DNA of 47,161 nucleotides from the sequence record SRR22947727_961. One strand, 5' to 3'. Positions 9,210-17,810 of this stretch are shown here, one piece after another (the first letter of the stretch is position 1; each line of letters opens with the position of its first letter). Position numbers and translations under genes: made by a program. The notes below the pieces were generated by a model. The model was not told the DNA's origin. It ran no database searches and saw nothing but the letters and a program-made list of their open reading frames with translations.

Positions 9210-9965
9210 TCACCGCGTGCGCAGTAGCACGAACTGAAAGCGTCCTTCAACGAAGTATGTCTGGCTGTAGGCGACGGGGGTTCCGTCGCGGTCGAAGTGC
9301 ACTTGGTCAAGGAGGAGGTAGAGACCGTTGTCGGGTCGGTCGTCGCCCCAGCCGATGTCGGCCGAGTGGACGGCGTGCAACTCCGCGAGAGCCCTGACCG
9401 AGACCAAGCCGATCCGATCCATGGACGCGAACATGGAGCCGTCACCGAAACTGTTCTCGACTTCGGCCGTCATGTCACCCGCGGGCAGAACGTCGTACGA
9501 GTACGCCACGACTTCACCGTCGGCGGTGATGGCGCGCTGGAGTTCGAGAACGTCTGCACCACTGTCGAGGTGAAGTCGGGTTGATTCGTGGCGTGATCCG
9601 GGGCGGCGTGAGATCGAGTGATACTCCACACCTGGCTCGAGGCCCATTTCGGCAATCGTTTCGGTGATCGATCGAAGTTCCTGAACCCCGGACCGGATCT
9701 GGCCGCCAAAGTCGACGACAAACATGCCTGATCCGTGACGAATGTCGACCATGCCTTGGGATTCGAGGGCCTTGGCGGCAGTACGAATGGTCACGCGGGA
9801 AACACGGTAGGAGGCGGCTAGATCGGTCTCGCTGGGAAGCCGCGCTCCGGGAGGGAACTCGCCCCCGACGATTCTCCGGCGTAGGTCTTCGGCGATTCCT
9901 CGACCGAGAGGTATCCGCGAGGTTCCTCGCGTTGTATCCGTTCCTGTCACGTCGGTTCCACTCAC
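9210..9965 (-). CDS. GntR family regulator, HutC/UTRA subfamily
   Basis: RLPSETDLAASYRVSRVTIR wHTH, GSGMFV, C-terminal UTRA-like domain; divergent from mtnA. Confidence 0.9.
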   Translation of the reverse strand: MSGTDVTGTDTTRGTSRIPLGRGIAEDLRRRIVGGEFPPGARLPSETDLAASYRVSRVTIRTAAKALESQGMVDIRHGSGMFVVDFGGQIRSGVQELRSITETIAEMGLEPGVEYHSISRRPGSRHESTRLHLDSGADVLELQRAITADGEVVAYSYDVLPAGDMTAEVENSFGDGSMFASMDRIGLVSVRALAELHAVHSADIGWGDDRPDNGLYLLLDQVHFDRDGTPVAYSQTYFVEGRFQFVLLRTR

Positions 9966-9997
9966 AATTACCCCCTCGGTGCGCTACCCTAACCGCC

Positions 9998-10012
9998 ACT
10001 TGTAGGACAACT
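9998..10012 (+). promoter_or_regulatory. Putative GntR operator ACTTGTAGGACAACT
   Basis: Imperfect palindrome TTGT-N3-ACAA in the 64-bp gntR/mtnA spacer, just downstream of a TACCCT -10 candidate; near-identical copy at 16183-16197. Confidence 0.75.
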
Positions 10013-10029
10013 GCTCAGTTGGAGATCTT

Positions 10030-11067
10030 GTGGGTGACATTCGTGCGGTCCAGTGGTCGAACCGAGCCTTGGTCCTGATCGATCAGACCGAGCTGCCGAC
10101 GACGGAAACGTACGTCACGTGCAGCCGAGTGGACGATGTGGTCGACGCCATCATCCGGCTCGTCGTGCGTGGCGCCCCGGCGTTGGGTGCCGTGGGTGGG
10201 TACGGAGTGGCCGTCGCGATGTTGCAGGGTGAACGCGAGAACTGGGATGCCGCCCGTCTCGAATCGGAGATCATTCGGATCCGCGATGCACGACCGACAG
10301 CGGTCAACCTCGCCTGGGGTGTGGACCGTGTGCGCCCGATGGTCGCTGGTGGCGTCGAGGAAGTCCTGGCCGAAGCGGATCGGATCGCCGAAGAAGACGA
10401 AGCGGCCAATCGAGAACTGTCGCGACGTGGAGCGGATTGGATTCTGGCCAACACCACGACTCGACCGCTGCGCATCCTCACGCACTGCAATACGGGTTCT
10501 TTGGCGACGACCGCATGGGGGACAGCCTTGGGGATTATTCGAGAGTTGCACCTCCGAGGCGACGTCGAGCAGGTCTACGCCGATGAAACTCGTCCCCTGC
10601 TGCAGGGTTCGCGGCTGACGTCGTGGGAGTTGACTCAGGATCAGATCCCGCACGTCATCCAATCTGACGGCGCCGCCGCCTCGACGATTCTGCGGTCACT
10701 GGTGGACGTGGCGATCATCGGAGCGGATCGCATCGCACGGAACGGAGACACGGCGAACAAGATCGGATCGGTCTCCGTCGCCCTTGCCTGCCACGCGGCC
10801 GGCATCCCCTTCGTTGTTGCTGCTCCGTCGTCGACCGTCGACCTATCAACTGCTTCCGGTGACGAGATCGAAATCGAACTTCGTGATGGATCGGAAGTCA
10901 CGTCCATCGGGGGTGTCCAGGTCGCACCTGCCGGTGCTCAAGGATTCAACCCCGCCTTCGACGTCACCCCCGCTCGATTCATCTCCGCCATCGTTACCGA
11001 ACATGCTGTAGTGCAGCCGAGTGCTGAATCGGCGGTCGACGCTCTGGTGCATCGGGAGGCACAGTGA
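10030..11067 (+). CDS. mtnA: S-methyl-5-thioribose-1-phosphate isomerase
   Basis: IDQTELP, VRGAPA, RPTAVNL, LTHCNTGSLAT, ETRPLLQGSRLT, GADRIARNGDTANKIG, NPAFDVTP. Confidence 0.95.
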   Translation: MGDIRAVQWSNRALVLIDQTELPTTETYVTCSRVDDVVDAIIRLVVRGAPALGAVGGYGVAVAMLQGERENWDAARLESEIIRIRDARPTAVNLAWGVDRVRPMVAGGVEEVLAEADRIAEEDEAANRELSRRGADWILANTTTRPLRILTHCNTGSLATTAWGTALGIIRELHLRGDVEQVYADETRPLLQGSRLTSWELTQDQIPHVIQSDGAAASTILRSLVDVAIIGADRIARNGDTANKIGSVSVALACHAAGIPFVVAAPSSTVDLSTASGDEIEIELRDGSEVTSIGGVQVAPAGAQGFNPAFDVTPARFISAIVTEHAVVQPSAESAVDALVHREAQ

Positions 11068-13052
11068 ACGACCAACTGACCCCGCTTCGACAGCTCGTCG
11101 ACCGCTCGAATCGCATCGGTGATGACCCGTCACTCGTCGTGTACGGAGGGGGCAACACGTCGGCCAAGGGAAGGGTCGTGGATCATCTAGGGCGAGACCA
11201 GCAGGTGATGTGGGTCAAGGGCTCCGGTGCCGACATGCGCGGGTCGATCGAAACGGACTACCCGGCCCTACGTCTTGCGGAACTGACAGCACTGCGTGAT
11301 CGCGGCGAGATGACCGACGAAGAGATGACCGATCTTGTGACCCGGGCTCTGATGGATCCCGGCGCGCGGCGCCCCTCTATTGAGACCCTCCTGCACGCCT
11401 TCCTGCCGTTCACCCACATCGATCACGTGCACGCGGATGCCATCTGCGCGCTGACTAACCATGCTGAAGGGGCGCGCGTCACACGCGAGGCCCTGGGAGA
11501 CGGGTTCGCCTACGTGGACTGGATTCGTCCGGGCTTCGAGCTGAGCAAGATCGTCGGCGACTTGGCTCATTACGAGGGGGTCGTGCTCGCCCACCATGGC
11601 CTGGTGACGTGGGCCGAGGACTCGAACGAGTGCTTTCAGCGGACGATCGATGTGGTCGAGGCCGCACGTGCTTTCGTTGCGGAGCACTCCATCAACCCTG
11701 GGCCGCCACCTCGGCACGACGATATGCCGGTTGAGGAATTGGAAACTCTCCTGCTGCACTTGCGCGGAGTGCTCTCTCACACCGGTCACCGAGTGCTGCG
11801 TGTCGATGATCGACTGCGAGAAGTTGCCGACCATCCGCAACTCGACTCCATCGTCGCCGGCGGCGTCTCAAGCGCAGACCACATGTTGCGCATCAAGCCG
11901 CTGTCTGTTGCCCTGTCCGATACGGGCCCTGAGGAAGTAGCGCGGGCCGTCGAGGAATACACGAGCGCGTACGAGTCGTACGTGCAGCGCAACGCCGATT
12001 CGATGCCCGAGGGGTATTCGGGACATGACCCGATGCCTCGGGTTGCTCTCGTCCCCGGAGTCGGCGCGATCACTACCGGTCAGAACGCCTCCGATGCGAA
12101 AGTTGCGGCCGACATCGCGGTCCACACCCACGGTGTCGCGCGAACGGTTCTCGACTCCTTCGGTGAGCCGGAGCCGTTGAGTGACGTCGAGACGTTCCGC
12201 TTCGACTACTGGCCGATGGAGCTGTACAAACTGAGCCTGAAACCTGCACCGGCCGAGTTCGCGGGACGCGTCGCGATCGTTACCGGAGCAGCCGCGGGAA
12301 TAGGTCGGGGTATTGCGCTGTCTCTCGCGCGGTCGGGCTGCTCGCTGGTCCTGGCTGACCTCGATGCCTCGGGGCTCGACGAGGTCGCCTCGACGATCAT
12401 CGACGCCGGAGGACCCGAACCTGTCACCCTCACCGGAGATCAGTCAGATTCCAGCGTGGTGCGCTCTACTGTCGCAACGGCTATCCGACACTTCGGTGGA
12501 CTCGACGGCGTGGTCATGAACGCCGGGATCGGTGTGACCGGCTCGCTGGCTGAACTCACGGACGAGAAGTGGCGTGCGGCCCTCGACATCAACCTGACCA
12601 GCGCCTTCGCGTTGACCCGCGAGTCCATGCGCGCGCTCCAGGTGCAAGGAATCGGTGGTTCCTTGGTGTTCGTGGCAAGCAAGAACTCCTTCAGTCCGGG
12701 AGCAAACTTCGGTGCCTACTCGGTGAGCAAAGCGGGAATGGTCCAGTTGATGCGTATCGCTGCGCTGGAAGGCGGGAAGTCGGGCATCCGGTCGAACGCG
12801 GTAAATCCTGATGCAGTCTTCGACAATTCACGCTTGTGGGATAGCGGTCTGCGAGAAGAGCGTGCGGCTGCCCATGGGATCGCCCCGGACCAACTGGAAG
12901 ATTTCTACGCGTCGAGGAACATTCTGAAACGTCGGGTGACGACCGCCGATGTCGCGGCATCGGTGGAGTTTCTTCTCTCGGACCGTTCATCTCGAACAAC
13001 AGGATCGGTGATGACCGTCGACGGTGGAGTGGCCGGAGCGTTCCCGCGCTAG
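11064..13052 (+). CDS. Bifunctional class II aldolase / short-chain dehydrogenase (RhaEW/YuxG-like)
   Basis: GGGNTSAK, VKGSG, PSIETLLH...HVH metal site; C-terminal SDR TGAAAGIG, NAG, YSVSK; GTGA overlap with mtnA. Confidence 0.9.
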   Translation: MNDQLTPLRQLVDRSNRIGDDPSLVVYGGGNTSAKGRVVDHLGRDQQVMWVKGSGADMRGSIETDYPALRLAELTALRDRGEMTDEEMTDLVTRALMDPGARRPSIETLLHAFLPFTHIDHVHADAICALTNHAEGARVTREALGDGFAYVDWIRPGFELSKIVGDLAHYEGVVLAHHGLVTWAEDSNECFQRTIDVVEAARAFVAEHSINPGPPPRHDDMPVEELETLLLHLRGVLSHTGHRVLRVDDRLREVADHPQLDSIVAGGVSSADHMLRIKPLSVALSDTGPEEVARAVEEYTSAYESYVQRNADSMPEGYSGHDPMPRVALVPGVGAITTGQNASDAKVAADIAVHTHGVARTVLDSFGEPEPLSDVETFRFDYWPMELYKLSLKPAPAEFAGRVAIVTGAAAGIGRGIALSLARSGCSLVLADLDASGLDEVASTIIDAGGPEPVTLTGDQSDSSVVRSTVATAIRHFGGLDGVVMNAGIGVTGSLAELTDEKWRAALDINLTSAFALTRESMRALQVQGIGGSLVFVASKNSFSPGANFGAYSVSKAGMVQLMRIAALEGGKSGIRSNAVNPDAVFDNSRLWDSGLREERAAAHGIAPDQLEDFYASRNILKRRVTTADVAASVEFLLSDRSSRTTGSVMTVDGGVAGAFPR

Positions 13053-13084
13053 ATCAACGAGGCCGACAAGTTTGGCTAAACCGG

Positions 13085-14185
13085 CTAAACCTTCTGAACC
13101 GACTGTACGAGTCGGCGAGCGTTCTCGGCCAGGTCGCCTCGATGAAGCGCTCCACCGACCAGGAGTGCGACGTCGATGCCGTAGAAGTCGGTGAGTTCGT
13201 CGATTCGATCCAGCGTCATGCCGCCACCGGGACTCAGCCAGGCAGACGCAAGCGAGCCAAGTGGAGCCAGGCACGCCGCCTGAATCGCCGACAATTCCTC
13301 CGGCGAGAAACTGAAACGCCCCCCATGGTTGGGGAAGATCGAGATATCGGCCCCCGCCAATCGCATCAGTGTCCCGAACATGATCCCGGGGTCGATTCCC
13401 TGGTCTGGATTCACCACATTGGATCCCAGGAACGAAGGGTGAGCCATGATGGGAAGAGCGAGGTCGTCGTCATCGGCAAGAGAGCGCATCGCGTCGAAAC
13501 CGCAGATACCGGGCAGTACCAGCAAGGCTCCGGCCCCTGCTTCCTTCGCAAAAAGGGCCGCGTCCCGCAGAGAGTCTGCTGGGACATTCAGGCTCGGCAT
13601 GTATGCAGACGGGTGGCCGGTCTCAGACGCTGCCTCGTTCACCGCCTGGGCGATGGCCGTGACGCGATCGCGCCACGTGGCCCAGGGTTGATCGGCAAGT
13701 CCGTGATCGTCCTTGATGATGTCGAATCCGGCGGTTGCGATGGTCCGAGCCATGGTCGCCAGCATCTGCGGGCTGGACCCCATCGGCTTCACCGCGGTAC
13801 ACACCAGGGGGCGATCGGAAGCGCCGAAGAGAGATCGAAGTCCCGGAATCCCGAAACGGGGTCCACGGAAATCATTGAGGATCGAGTCGGGTAAGCGCAG
13901 GTCGCGGACCCGGACCCCGGGGAACAGCGAGACGTTGCCCCACAACAAGTTGAGCACTTGCACTAGGCCACCGCCGGCCACGCCGGGGTCGTATCCGATG
14001 GTTATGTCGCCACCGTCATCGTTGAGTACGTGACCGACCACGCCCTGTTGAATCCACTCCGGTGCGAGCTCGAAGGGGAACTCGATGGTCTGCTCGACGC
14101 GGATAGCCTCGGCGATTGCGCGGGGGTCCTCGGCGGTGATCCGGTAGTCGATTTCGATGAGGTCGCCGGATGCGGCTGCGGTCAC
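13085..14185 (-). CDS. RuBisCO-like protein (form IV), R. rubrum methylthioribulose-1-phosphate 1,3-isomerase type
   Basis: VEQTIEFP, GNVSL, GPRFGIPGLR, CTAVKPMG, IKDDHGLADQ, AHPS, GADISIFPNHGGRF, PGGGM. KDDH (not KDDE) and loss of the second Lys of KPK argue against a carboxylase. Confidence 0.88.
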   Translation of the reverse strand: MTAAASGDLIEIDYRITAEDPRAIAEAIRVEQTIEFPFELAPEWIQQGVVGHVLNDDGGDITIGYDPGVAGGGLVQVLNLLWGNVSLFPGVRVRDLRLPDSILNDFRGPRFGIPGLRSLFGASDRPLVCTAVKPMGSSPQMLATMARTIATAGFDIIKDDHGLADQPWATWRDRVTAIAQAVNEAASETGHPSAYMPSLNVPADSLRDAALFAKEAGAGALLVLPGICGFDAMRSLADDDDLALPIMAHPSFLGSNVVNPDQGIDPGIMFGTLMRLAGADISIFPNHGGRFSFSPEELSAIQAACLAPLGSLASAWLSPGGGMTLDRIDELTDFYGIDVALLVGGALHRGDLAENARRLVQSVQKV

Positions 14186-15228
14186 AGCGCTTCGACCTTC
14201 GCGTTGCTGTGCGTGGCGGCGACGCGCACCTTGGTGAGATCCGAAGCAGAGACCCCGAGAGGTCGATCGAGCACGTTCTCGGCCAGTCGCACCAGCGACA
14301 GGGCATCGAGGTGGTACTCGGCGAGCAGATAAGGCTGAGACGCTCCATGCGCGTACGTATCTCTCAGGCCCATTCGGTGCAAAGGCGTGGCGATCGAGTT
14401 CTCCGCCATGACCTCCGCCACGGCCGACCCGAGGCCGCCGGTGGTCAAGTGGTTCTCCATGGTGATGACCCCTGCAGTCGCCGATCGCAGCGCAGTGACG
14501 ATGGTCGGATCGGTGAAGGGCTTCAGGGTGGACACATGAAGATGGGACACCGACACGCCTGCTGAGCGGAGCGCGGGAATGGCGCGCAGGGCTTCCTCGG
14601 TCAGGATTCCGGAGGTGAGTACGACGAGTTCGGCCGGCGCGGCGAGAGCGTCTCCGCCGAGACTGAGGACCCGCGCCCGGTTGAACTGCATCGGTTCGTC
14701 TGCCGGGAACAATCGCGGAACCTCACCGCGGAGCATGCGAACGTATACGGGCCCGTCCACGGCGTGGGCGACGTCCACGACGGATTCGACTTCGGTCGCA
14801 TCGCCGGTTTCCACGATCGTCATGTTGGGAATCGTGCGCATGACCGCCACATCGTCGATGGCTTGGTGGGTGACGCCCCCGGGAGTGGTGATGCCGGGAA
14901 GGAAGCCCACAAGTCGAACCTTGAGGTTGGGGTAGGCCACGGACATCTGCAGTTGATCCAGCGGGCGGCGGTAGAGGAAGACCGCGAACGTGTGAAGCCA
15001 GGGCTCGAAGCCTTCCCGCGCCAGACCCGCGGCGAAACTGAGCATGTTCTGCTCCGCCATTCCCATGGAGAAGAATCGGTCGGGGTAGGTGTCTCGCCAC
15101 TTGCCCACCTCGCAGGAGTTGGTCAAGTCTGCGCTGAGAACGAGAACCTCGGGTTTATCGGCGGACCAGTTGATGAAGTTGTCCACGTGGGGACGGGTCA
15201 CGATCTCGATGTTCGAACGTGTGCTCAT
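14182..15228 (-). CDS. Split transketolase-like enzyme, C-terminal (pyrimidine-binding) subunit
   Basis: SADL, MGMAEQNM, THQAIDD, GPVYVRM, TMENH, GGLGSAVAE; GTGA overlap with RLP. Confidence 0.9.
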   Translation of the reverse strand: MSTRSNIEIVTRPHVDNFINWSADKPEVLVLSADLTNSCEVGKWRDTYPDRFFSMGMAEQNMLSFAAGLAREGFEPWLHTFAVFLYRRPLDQLQMSVAYPNLKVRLVGFLPGITTPGGVTHQAIDDVAVMRTIPNMTIVETGDATEVESVVDVAHAVDGPVYVRMLRGEVPRLFPADEPMQFNRARVLSLGGDALAAPAELVVLTSGILTEEALRAIPALRSAGVSVSHLHVSTLKPFTDPTIVTALRSATAGVITMENHLTTGGLGSAVAEVMAENSIATPLHRMGLRDTYAHGASQPYLLAEYHLDALSLVRLAENVLDRPLGVSASDLTKVRVAATHSNAKVEAL

Positions 15229-16160
15229 GCCTGACCCCCCGACGACGAGACCGATTCGGTGGAGACGAGAGCTTCGTAGAACTCCTCATACTTCGCACGC
15301 TCGTCGTGACCGGTGAAACGCAGGTAGTGCAGCACCGGTCGGCGCTCGTTCATCAGCGGCACGCCGCGAACGGGGTCGGTGTAGGCCAGAACAAAGTGCG
15401 GGCGCCCGGTGGGCCGTTCCAAGGCGTGGGTGAGGGCGGCGATGTTGTGTCCGTCGACCGAATCGGCGCTCGCGCCGAACGCCTTGATCTTCGTGGCCAA
15501 AGGTTCGATGTTCATGACCGAGTCCATGGGGCCGTCGCACTGGGCTCTGTTGACGTCGACGACGACGCGAACCGTATCCAATCCGTAGAACGCGAGTGCC
15601 TGGATCGCCTCCCACGTCTGGCCTTCTTGGAACTCACCGTCGCTCATGAAAACAAAGGTGCGCCCCGTCTCACCCTTCAACCTCCGGCCGAGGGCGATTC
15701 CCCCCGCGGTGGACAGTGCTTGCGCGAGGGAACCGGTCGTTGTTTCGAAACCGGGCGAGTGCTCGGCTCCGATCATTTCGACGGTCGATCCGTCCTTGTT
15801 GAATTGATCGAGAGCGGCCTCGTCCAGGCGACGGGCCTCGATGAGTGCTGCGTAGACCACCAGGGCGTAGTGCGCAGGGGAGATGATGAGTCGGTCGAGG
15901 TCGGGACCGGGCTCCCCGTGAAAGATGCCGCCGGAGATCCGCGGCGCCTCGGGTCCTGGTACGGCGTCGAAGTCCGCCGGGTGCAAGGGCCCGTCGGTGG
16001 AAGCCAAGTTCAGGACGTTCCCGTAGAGCGAGGCGAGTAGTTCTGCCGACGAGCACGCCTGGCTGAGATAGCCGCCGTTGTTGGCGAGTACGTGTGCGAG
16101 GACCCGCTGGCGGATCCCTTGGGCGATCTGTTCGGCTGTTGGGGACGCGGAGAAAGCCAT
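15225..16160 (-). CDS. Split transketolase-like enzyme, N-terminal (ThDP-binding) subunit
   Basis: DRLIISPAH, TTGSLAQ, SDGEFQEGQTWEA...N ThDP motif, VDGHN; ATGA overlap with C-terminal subunit; TAGCCT-N6-ATG leaderless start. Confidence 0.9.
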   Translation of the reverse strand: MAFSASPTAEQIAQGIRQRVLAHVLANNGGYLSQACSSAELLASLYGNVLNLASTDGPLHPADFDAVPGPEAPRISGGIFHGEPGPDLDRLIISPAHYALVVYAALIEARRLDEAALDQFNKDGSTVEMIGAEHSPGFETTTGSLAQALSTAGGIALGRRLKGETGRTFVFMSDGEFQEGQTWEAIQALAFYGLDTVRVVVDVNRAQCDGPMDSVMNIEPLATKIKAFGASADSVDGHNIAALTHALERPTGRPHFVLAYTDPVRGVPLMNERRPVLHYLRFTGHDERAKYEEFYEALVSTESVSSSGGQA

Positions 16161-16182
16161 AGCGCAAGGCTACAAAGTCATA

Positions 16183-16197
16183 AGTCGTCCTACAAGT
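16183..16197 (-). promoter_or_regulatory. Second putative GntR operator ACTTGTAGGACGACT
   Basis: Plus strand AGTCGTCCTACAAGT; 14/15 identical to 9998-10012; lies just upstream of the TAGCCT -10 of the transketolase-RLP operon. Confidence 0.75.
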
Positions 16198-16258
16198 TTT
16201 CCCCTAGAACTCCTCAGGACCGTGCCCAGTGACGAGCGATCTGTGGCACGGTTCCCAC

Positions 16259-17692
16259 GTGACTGATCAATCCCTCGTAGCCGGTGTAGACACCTCAACC
16301 CAATCGGTGAAGGTGGTGGTCCGGGAGGCCGACACCGGAGCGTGGGTTCGCGAGGGGCGTGCATCGCATCCGGACGGCACCGAAGTCGCCCCTGAGGAAT
16401 GGTGGACGGCTTTCGGTGCGGCCTGTTCGGGTGGACTGCTCGACGGTGTTTCGGCCATCTCGATCGCCGGGCAGCAGCACGGAATGGTCGCCTTGGACGA
16501 GAGTGGTGATGTTGTTCGGCCCGCCTTGTTGTGGAACGACACTCGGTCGGCTCCCGACGCGAGCGACCTGGTGACCGAACTGGGTGGCCCGGCCATGTGG
16601 GCCGAGGCGGTAGGCAGCGTCCCTGTTGCGGCCTTCACGGTGAGCAAAGTGCGATGGATGGCTCGAAACGAGCCGGACAACGCCGAACGAACGTCGACCA
16701 TCATGCTCCCGCACGACTACCTGACATGGATGCTCGCCGATCAGCCCCATGCGGCAACCACCGACCGGGGTGATGCCAGTGGCACGGGTTACTGGTCCCC
16801 AATCGAGGGCGAGTACCGGCGCGATCTGATGCAGCTGGCTCTCGGAAAAGACGTGCAACTCCCGCGCGTTGCCGGGCCGGATGAGACCGTTGGGGAGGTG
16901 GGTGGTCGCGCCCGGTCTTTCCTCGGAATCAACGGATCGTCACCGATCGCCATCGGTCCAGGAACGGGCGACAACATGGGCGCAGCGTTCGCTCTGGAAA
17001 TCGCTCCCGGCGACGTCGTGGTGTCCCTAGGAACATCAGGTACCGCGTTCGCGGGATCGAGTCAACCGACCAAAGACCCCACCGGGCTGGTCGCGGGCTT
17101 TGCTGATGCCTCCGGTGTCTTCCTACCTCTGGTGTGCACACTGAACGCCGCGCGCATCCTCACCAGCACCGCTGAACTCCTCGGCGTCGACATGGATTCC
17201 TTCGCTGCGTTGGCGCTCGCCGCTGAACCCGGAGCCAGCGGACTCGTCATGCTCCCGTACTTCGATGGGGAACGAACCCCCAATCTGCCCGGTGCTCGCG
17301 GATCTCTTCACGGCATCAGTCGGGAGAATCTGACACCGCAGAATCTCGCGCGGGCGGCTATCGAGGGAATGCTCGGCGGACTTGCCGACGCGGTCGACGC
17401 GCTCGTCGATGTGGGTGTTCAGCCGAGCCGGGTACTCGTAGTTGGAGGTGCTGCGTCGAATCCGGCGGTGGCAGATATCGCAGCCACGCTCGTGGGCGTC
17501 CCGGTGCAGATACCTCCTGCTGGTGAGTACGTTGCCGACGGCGCGGCCCGGCAGGCGGCATGGATTCTGCGCGGCGGGGAACAACCCGCATGGAGCGACG
17601 TACGGCCCGGCGAGACGGTCTCTCGTGATCCACAACCGGCCGCCCAGGTGCGCGAGCAGTATCGGCAGGCGCGGGAGGCCCTCTACGCGTGA
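16259..17692 (+). CDS. xylB: FGGY carbohydrate kinase, xylulokinase-like
   Basis: GVDTSTQSVK, GQQHG, LLWNDTR, DRGDASGT, GTGDN, SLGTSG, GERTP. Confidence 0.85.
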   Translation: MTDQSLVAGVDTSTQSVKVVVREADTGAWVREGRASHPDGTEVAPEEWWTAFGAACSGGLLDGVSAISIAGQQHGMVALDESGDVVRPALLWNDTRSAPDASDLVTELGGPAMWAEAVGSVPVAAFTVSKVRWMARNEPDNAERTSTIMLPHDYLTWMLADQPHAATTDRGDASGTGYWSPIEGEYRRDLMQLALGKDVQLPRVAGPDETVGEVGGRARSFLGINGSSPIAIGPGTGDNMGAAFALEIAPGDVVVSLGTSGTAFAGSSQPTKDPTGLVAGFADASGVFLPLVCTLNAARILTSTAELLGVDMDSFAALALAAEPGASGLVMLPYFDGERTPNLPGARGSLHGISRENLTPQNLARAAIEGMLGGLADAVDALVDVGVQPSRVLVVGGAASNPAVADIAATLVGVPVQIPPAGEYVADGAARQAAWILRGGEQPAWSDVRPGETVSRDPQPAAQVREQYRQAREALYA

Positions 17693-17810
17693 TGCGGGCG
17701 CCAGGCCGGCACGCGTGATGTCGTCGAAGCGCTTGGTTTCGAAGCGCCCGCAATCAGGGCCCAGGTTGGGAATTTGGGTGAAATGACACCCTCGACGGTT
17801 GAAAGTTCAG

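Noticed and set aside
13053-13084. Bidirectional terminator between the convergent operons
   Set aside because: Only a 4-bp stem (GTTT-GGCT-AAAC); insufficient support.
13085-14185. True RuBisCO / CO2 fixation
   Set aside because: KDDH instead of KDDE, missing second catalytic Lys, short length, and no small subunit or phosphoribulokinase in the window.
13085-17692. Apiose/apionate catabolism (split transketolase AptAB + FGGY kinase + RLP)
   Set aside because: Not fully excluded, but RLP motifs match the R. rubrum isomerase type, no apiose isomerase is seen, and the operon shares an operator with mtnA.
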